NCBI GenBank assembly: GCA_051382305.1
Contig: JBBCAV010000188.1
Location: 1-12,247 of the forward strand
Source: Bdellovibrionota bacterium FG-2
Lineage (GTDB): Bacteria > Bdellovibrionota > UBA1018
Direction of reading: 5' to 3'
Length of the DNA: 12,247 nt
Below the pieces are notes generated by a model that did no database searches, was not told the DNA's origin, and saw only the letters and a list, made by a program, of their open reading frames with translations. Shown here piece by piece: positions 7,902-12,247 of this stretch (the stretch's first letter is position 1; the number at the start of each line of letters is the position of its first letter). The position numbers were made by a program, and so were the translations under genes.

Positions 7902-8051
7902 TCAATCCCAGCGGTACCCGCAGCGATTGCAGTTGTGGAGTGAGTTACCGCGACGAGAGAGGTGGTGACATGTCGGGCAGGGACGAAAGAAACAAATGAC
8001 AAGGCCGCTCAGACTCAAGAGGGTGAAGGCTAAGATCCAAATCCAATCCAT
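7902..8051 (-). CDS. Small membrane-anchored zinc-ribbon protein (49 aa, below the ORF-track cutoff)
   Basis: My translation: MDWIWILAFTLLSLSGLVICFFRPCPTCHHLSRRGNSLHNCNRCGYRWD*; AAGGAG RBS; TM helix plus CxxC...CxxC-GYRW; paralog at 9177-9311. Confidence 0.7.
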   Translation of the reverse strand: MDWIWILAFTLLSLSGLVICFFRPCPTCHHLSRRGNSLHNCNRCGYRWD

Positions 8052-9176
8052 GGGGGACACTCCTTGTGGGATAGGAAAGTGTGCCGCTTGGAAAGTTGAG
8101 GTGTCAACCCCTGGTGGCCCAGGTTCATCCTGTTTGGGGTGCGGGTGTTACTCCCGGACTGAGGCGGCTTGCCGACTTTGGGGATGATGCGGGTGTCACG
8201 ATAGGAATTGAAACTTCAACAGTGGAGCGAGGGGAGCTGTCAACGGAGGCAGGGCGAGGTGTGCAGGGTCAAAGGGGTGATGTTGTCACCCAAAAGGTCG
8301 AAATTCGCGAATAGCAAGCAAGGAGCCTGGTACCAGGCTCCGAAAGTACCCCGAGGCCGTTGGCCCCGCACCCCGTTTGAGACGCAGCCGAGCAGAGGAG
8401 TTGGATGAAGTGTGACCCTCGTTGTGTCACGTTCTGATCCCAAGAGCCCCCTAGTCCAAACGTGCGCCGGGCATCTTTCCTAAGCGCAACCTAGGATCAA
8501 AACAAAAAGACAATGTCATGCGTTCTATGTGCCTGATCGGTGAACGGCTTCGCCGCGAAAAGCCATCGCAAGGTTTTACGAAGTGGCGCATTCCGGTTTT
8601 GGGGAAGTGTCTGCGGCAAGCTGGAGTGAGTGCATCCAGGGAGGGTGAGGTGGTGAGTTTTGGAGTTGGGGTTTGTCTTTTTTTTCAGAGCGAAATGAAT
8701 CATGGATATGGTATTTTTATAGTCGGGTAATATTGAGGCAGGCAAGCAGGGGTTGGCATATGCGGACCCTCAAAAACTCCCGAGGCGTGGCGCCCCGGAC
8801 CCTATTTAAAATGCAAAGCGTTACGAGATTGAACTCGTGATTGTTCCTGCGGCGGCCACTGGGGAGAGGCGGCTATCTCGATCTTGGGTGGGTGAGACCT
8901 TCATATTTGCCCGGCATTGGGTTTTTGGGGGTGAGGAAAGGGGTCGGGGTGGGTGGTGTCTTGAGATTGCCTCTTGTGGTCGTCTGGCGCTCTGAGTTTT
9001 CTTGGGGGTTTGGGGGCGAAGCAACCAAGGGGGTTTAAGGCGGGTGGTACCACCGGCCATGCTTGCGCGCACCTGTTTTACCCCTCTTTTGATTTTCTAA
9101 CTTTCTGATCTTCTGTTTTTTTTACACATTAATTTTCCCTCACGCCTCACTATTTTTTTATACCTTCGAGAACTTT

Positions 9177-9311
9177 TTATTGCTCTCCGGGGGACTGCCC
9201 CCGGGCGATTTGATCCTGGCGATGGTGACATGCCGGGCAGGGACGAAAGAAATAAATGACGAGGGCGCTTAGGCTCAAGAGGGTGAGGGTCACGAGCCAG
9301 ATTCACTCCAT
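9177..9311 (-). pseudogene. Degenerate paralog of the 49-aa TM/zinc-ribbon gene
   Basis: ME*IWLVTLTLLSLSALVIYFFRPCPACHHRQDQIARGQSPGEQ*; TGG to TGA at codon 3; second CxxC lost; about 90 bp similar to 7963-8051 without indels. Confidence 0.65.
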
Positions 9312-9594
9312 AGGGGCAAAGGTGAGGAAGAAAGCACATTCGTTGTCGCACGATCCGTGGAACCGGATAGGCCGATCCCGGAGCTACCCCACTACCGAGA
9401 CCGCTAGAAACGGCGTTGATAAGTAAGAATCAATCTCCTCAAATCTGCGCTTCATGCGGTTTGATGAGGCCCAAACAGGAATTCATTTTCGATTCTTGGC
9501 GAAAAAAACGAGCATGAATTTCGTGCGACCTTGTCGCATTTATTCCAAGTTTTTTGGCTCGAAAAATTTAAGCCTAACCCAGCGAAAAGACTGG

Positions 9595-9717
9595 CCGCTG
9601 CACCGCCCCGGAGACATGAGAGACCACCTCAATTCGACGTTGACCCCTCGCCCCCAACCACAGTGGCAAGGGGTCAACGTCGAGGGTGGTTAAGACCATC
9701 TGAGGGCGGTGCAGCGG
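9595..9717. repeat. Long imperfect hairpin H1
   Basis: Outer 14-bp stem 9595-9608/9704-9717; inner 15-bp stem 9634-9648/9669-9683; 12-nt loop CCCAACCACAGT. Confidence 0.9.
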
Positions 9718-9993
9718 GGAAGAAGGGAGAAGGTTCAAGTAGGTAAATTGAAAATCATAAGGGGTAAGAAATAAAACAGTAGGAGAGGGGAGGTGATCAA
9801 TCCAAGGTCACAAAGACGAGCAATCATGGAAACTGAAAGTGAACAACCAAAGCGAAAAATAGAATTCGTTTTCAGGAGTTCACTTGGATCATTTGATTCG
9901 AAGAGGTTTTGGAGTCGCGGTGAGATTAAGGGATTACGAAACGTCCTTTACGCCCCTCCAGCTCGCGTCATGAAAGGCAAAAGCTGGGTGATA

Positions 9994-10019
9994 AGGGTGA
10001 TATATGGATATATCACCCT
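9994..10019. repeat. Near-perfect palindrome AGGGTGATATAT-gg-ATATATCACCCT
   Basis: 12-bp perfect arms with a 2-nt spacer. Confidence 0.85.
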
Positions 10020-10061
10020 GCCTTCAAATTCGAGTCGGCGAAATAAAGTCTAAGTCGTTGA

Positions 10062-10200
10062 TATTCCTTCCACCACCACCCTTCTTTGAAAAGCCACTCA
10101 CCCCTGTTCCATTCCTGACCCCTCCCCCTCAACGAATATTGGGAGAGGGGTCAGGAATGGGGGGTGAGAGAGAAGGTGATGGGTGGTGGTGGAAGGAATA
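10062..10200. repeat. Long imperfect hairpin H2
   Basis: Outer 20-bp stem 10062-10081/10181-10200; middle CTCACCCC/GGGGTGAG; inner 16-bp stem 10109-10124/10145-10160; 12-nt loop TCAACGAATATT. Confidence 0.92.
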
Positions 10201-10284
10201 AAAAGAGGAGGGATGGGGATTGGGAATGAGGGATAGCGAGAATAGTTAAGATAATAAAGAAGAAGAGGCAGCGGAGAAAAATCA

Positions 10285-10398
10285 ATGAAAACGAAAACAG
10301 CAAAATTTACGGGGAGCGCGGAGATGGAGGTGGTGCTGGAACGGATGGTGGCAGTAGTGAATAGGGGGAGTTCCGGGATGGTAATTACGAAGAGATGA
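10285..10398 (+). CDS. Possible small protein or gene remnant (37 aa)
   Basis: MKTKTAKFTGSAEMEVVLERMVAVVNRGSSGMVITKR*; GGAG upstream; ATGA overlap with ORF 10395. Confidence 0.3.
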   Translation: MKTKTAKFTGSAEMEVVLERMVAVVNRGSSGMVITKR

Positions 10399-10627
10399 TG
10401 AACAAGGCCAGCTGCCTGAGTTTACTTTCCAACGCGGTCCTGGTCGCCAACACGGCCGCGATCGACACGGTGATGCGGCAAAGTCCAGAGGCGAAAAAGC
10501 TGATCCTGAAGACAGATGTGGCTCAAATTACGCCCAGCCCTTTTCATCGGATAATACCAGATCAAAATGGAATTTATGTCGCAAGCAAGGGGGTGCATCA
10601 GGAGGTGAGGGTGCGCAATACTTCATG

Positions 10628-10795
10628 CACCCACCCCCGCCCCGGTTTCTTTTGTGCTTTTAGTAAGTTGCGCCATCACCCCTTGCCCTCATATTTGCCG
10701 ACCCCACCCCCTCAACGATGTACGGGAGTGGGGTCGGCAAACAGAGAGTGGGTTGGGCGCATTTTGAAGCAAAATATGCGGGGCGGGGGTGGGTG
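10628..10795. repeat. Long imperfect hairpin H3
   Basis: Outer 17-bp stem 10628-10644/10779-10795; middle TGCGCC/GGCGCA; inner 14-bp stem 10694-10707/10728-10741; 12-nt loop TCAACGATGTAC. Confidence 0.92.
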
Positions 10796-11067
10796 GTTTA
10801 AGAGTTTATGAAAGAGGAAGGGGGGAGTGTAAAAGCGGAATAAAAAAAGAAAGAGGGAAGTAAGTCCACGTCAACTAACGGTGGCCCAATTTGGGGTGCA
10901 GCTACCGAGTCGTTCGGTTCTCTTTTGGAGGCTCTAACACGGGTAGTAGTGGAACACAAAAATCGGATTAGTGGCCGGAGCTCGCCGCGCGCGACGGATT
11001 CCGAAACGGCGAACGAGTGGTGTGACTTATTGTGTTAATGTGGTTGTAGATATCGGCGATGGGTGTT

Positions 11068-11340
11068 CTATGCTTGGCTCATTTGGTTCAGGTGGATGAG
11101 ATAAATTTTGGCAGGAGTGTTTTTGAGGATTGGGTGTTCGGAGCGAGCCACATCAACCGACTGCGGCCTGGTGGTCTCCGTGGGAATAAGTATAAAGCAC
11201 TGAGTCCTACTGAGCTGTAAAATCACTTGTCCTAAAGTGAGTGGCATTGGCACCAGAGGCTGATTTGCAAGTGGTACAGTGAGCCCCGGTGAGTAAAAGT
11301 ATCGTCCGTAGCTATCTGAACTTGTCGTGGTTTGGTGCAC
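11068..11340 (-). CDS. Possible hypothetical protein between H3 and H4
   Basis: 90-aa ORF starting just beside H4; no recognisable motif and no clear RBS. Confidence 0.25.
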   Translation of the reverse strand: MHQTTTSSDSYGRYFYSPGLTVPLANQPLVPMPLTLGQVILQLSRTQCFILIPTETTRPQSVDVARSEHPILKNTPAKIYLIHLNQMSQA

Positions 11341-11366
11341 GGCGAGCAGAGAACACTAACCGCCCG

Positions 11367-11576
11367 CTCGGCCGCCACTTGATTTTAAAATTCACCGCAA
11401 AAAAGCCCAAAATGATCCCCAAAAATGATGGTGTTCCATCCTCCTAATTCTCTTCGAGAATTGCTACTGGGCACCCACCCTCACCCTATGGGTTTTGTGT
11501 GGATGCCCAGTAGCCGGAGGATGGAAGTATCAGGTGGGAAGTTTCAAAGTGTTGGTGTGTGTGAGTGGCGGCCGAG
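11367..11576. repeat. Long imperfect hairpin H4
   Basis: 13-bp stem 11367-11379/11564-11576; 11-bp stem 11434-11444/11516-11526; 16-bp stem 11463-11478/11499-11514 (one C-A mismatch); side hairpin 11446-11462. Confidence 0.88.
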
Positions 11577-11835
11577 TTGAAGAAATTTTGGATAGTTGGA
11601 AATAGAAGGGTGAAGAGGGGAAGGAGAATGAGGAAGGTCATTTGTTAATTTTTTTTGGGTAAGTCGAAAGTTAGGGTGGTGCAAAAGTTTCTAGGGTCGG
11701 GATGGCGGGATCTTCGGGGTGATCAAAAATCGATGGCTTGGAAATCCTGATACCGGAAATTTTTCAAACTCTGCCCCGGGGTCGAAGTCCACATTCGCCC
11801 CTTCGGTTGGCAAGTCTGGATTCCTGCCACCTTAA

Positions 11836-11901
11836 ACGGCGGCAAGCGGCCACCCCCTTTTTGAGGAGGGGGTTGGCCTGGGTGAAGTAGTCTCCCGCCG
11901 T
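11836..11901. repeat. Short hairpin H5, candidate IS91 terIS-side structure
   Basis: ACGGCGG/CCGCCGT enclosing GGCCACCCCCT/AGGGGGTTGGCC, about 150 nt upstream of the transposase ATG. Confidence 0.45.
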
Positions 11902-12054
11902 ACGATCACACCGCGCAGGTGAGGGTCGCTCAAAAGGTCAAAGGCAAAGCAAGGTGTTTAGTCCGAGATCCGGTCATGGGTCCAGATTTCGGAAGCGTAG
12001 AACGACCTTTGCCTGGGGTTTTGTGGTTCTGGTTTTTGCATTGCGTAAGCGTTC

Positions 12055-12247
12055 ATGCTTACTCAGGGTGAATCATCGCAATCAAACTCCAATGGGGTCT
12101 ATCGACCGCGCGACCCTACACAAACCCTGCTGTACAAGGTTATCCAGGAAAATTGGTCAACCTTCGTTCGCGATCGTGAGGAGGAGTGCCGGTACTTGCC
12201 TGCCCATGTGAAGCGGGAGTTCGATTCGTTTATGGCGTGTGGGGTCC
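12055..12247 (+). mobile_element. IS91/ISCR-family rolling-circle transposase, N-terminal part (truncated by window end; absent from ORF track)
   Basis: My translation from ATG 12055: MLTQGESSQSNSNGVYRPRDPTQTLLYKVIQENWSTFVRDREEECRYLPAHVKREFDSFMACGV; YRPR.P..T.LY.V.Q...LP.HV.REF..F..CG matches the start of the IS91 zinc-binding domain. Confidence 0.82.

Noticed and set aside
8412-8430. Mini hairpin GTGAC/GTCAC with CAACGA in its minus-strand loop as an array member
   Set aside because: 5-bp stem, 6-mer match and opposite orientation are compatible with chance.
9177-9311. TGA read as Trp (alternative genetic code)
   Set aside because: Several clear genes here end in TGA with start overlaps, and this copy has also lost its C-terminal CxxC; pseudogene is simpler.
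9793-10053. 86-aa ORF between H1 and H2
   Set aside because: The apparent RBS is just part of a purine tract, no motif is recognisable, and it crosses the 9994 palindrome; left unassigned.
10395-10811. 138-aa ORF, and likewise 9454-9746, 10004-10201, 7562-8002, 8821-9072
   Set aside because: They run through hairpins or G/C-run sequence giving biased, motif-less peptides; the 5' half of 10395 may be a remnant but cannot be supported.
9595-11576. Hairpins as Rho-independent terminators or canonical integron attC sites
   Set aside because: Too long and multi-stemmed, most lack an upstream gene to terminate; no consistent RYYYAAC/GTTRRRY boxes seen and no integrase in the window.
11954-12211. 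85-aa ORF from the track
   Set aside because: Out-of-frame overlap with the better supported IS91 transposase start at 12055.

Overview
Plasmid- or mobile-element-like window with no chromosomal housekeeping genes. 324-3242 holds an XRE regulator, a frameshifted RelE/HigB-like toxin with an HTH antitoxin, a secreted PLD/Nuc-type nuclease divergent from a secreted hypothetical, and an RHH-antitoxin/RelE pair. 3654-7027 (minus) is a five-gene operon coupled by 4-nt start/stop overlaps: ParA, a ~476-aa winged-helix Rep-like protein, DUF4258/DUF2283-like TA pair, serine resolvase. The Rep-like gene contains about 24 copies of an 11-12 bp repeat. 7030-12050 is about 5 kb with almost no convincing long ORFs. 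It carries a duplicated small TM + zinc-ribbon peptide gene (one copy broken) and four long (120-210 nt) imperfect hairpins, three sharing a covarying apical motif. It ends in the 5' part of an IS91-family transposase. The hairpin array and the intragenic repeat array are the strongest candidates for undescribed biology. All family calls are by eye from motifs, with no database searches run.
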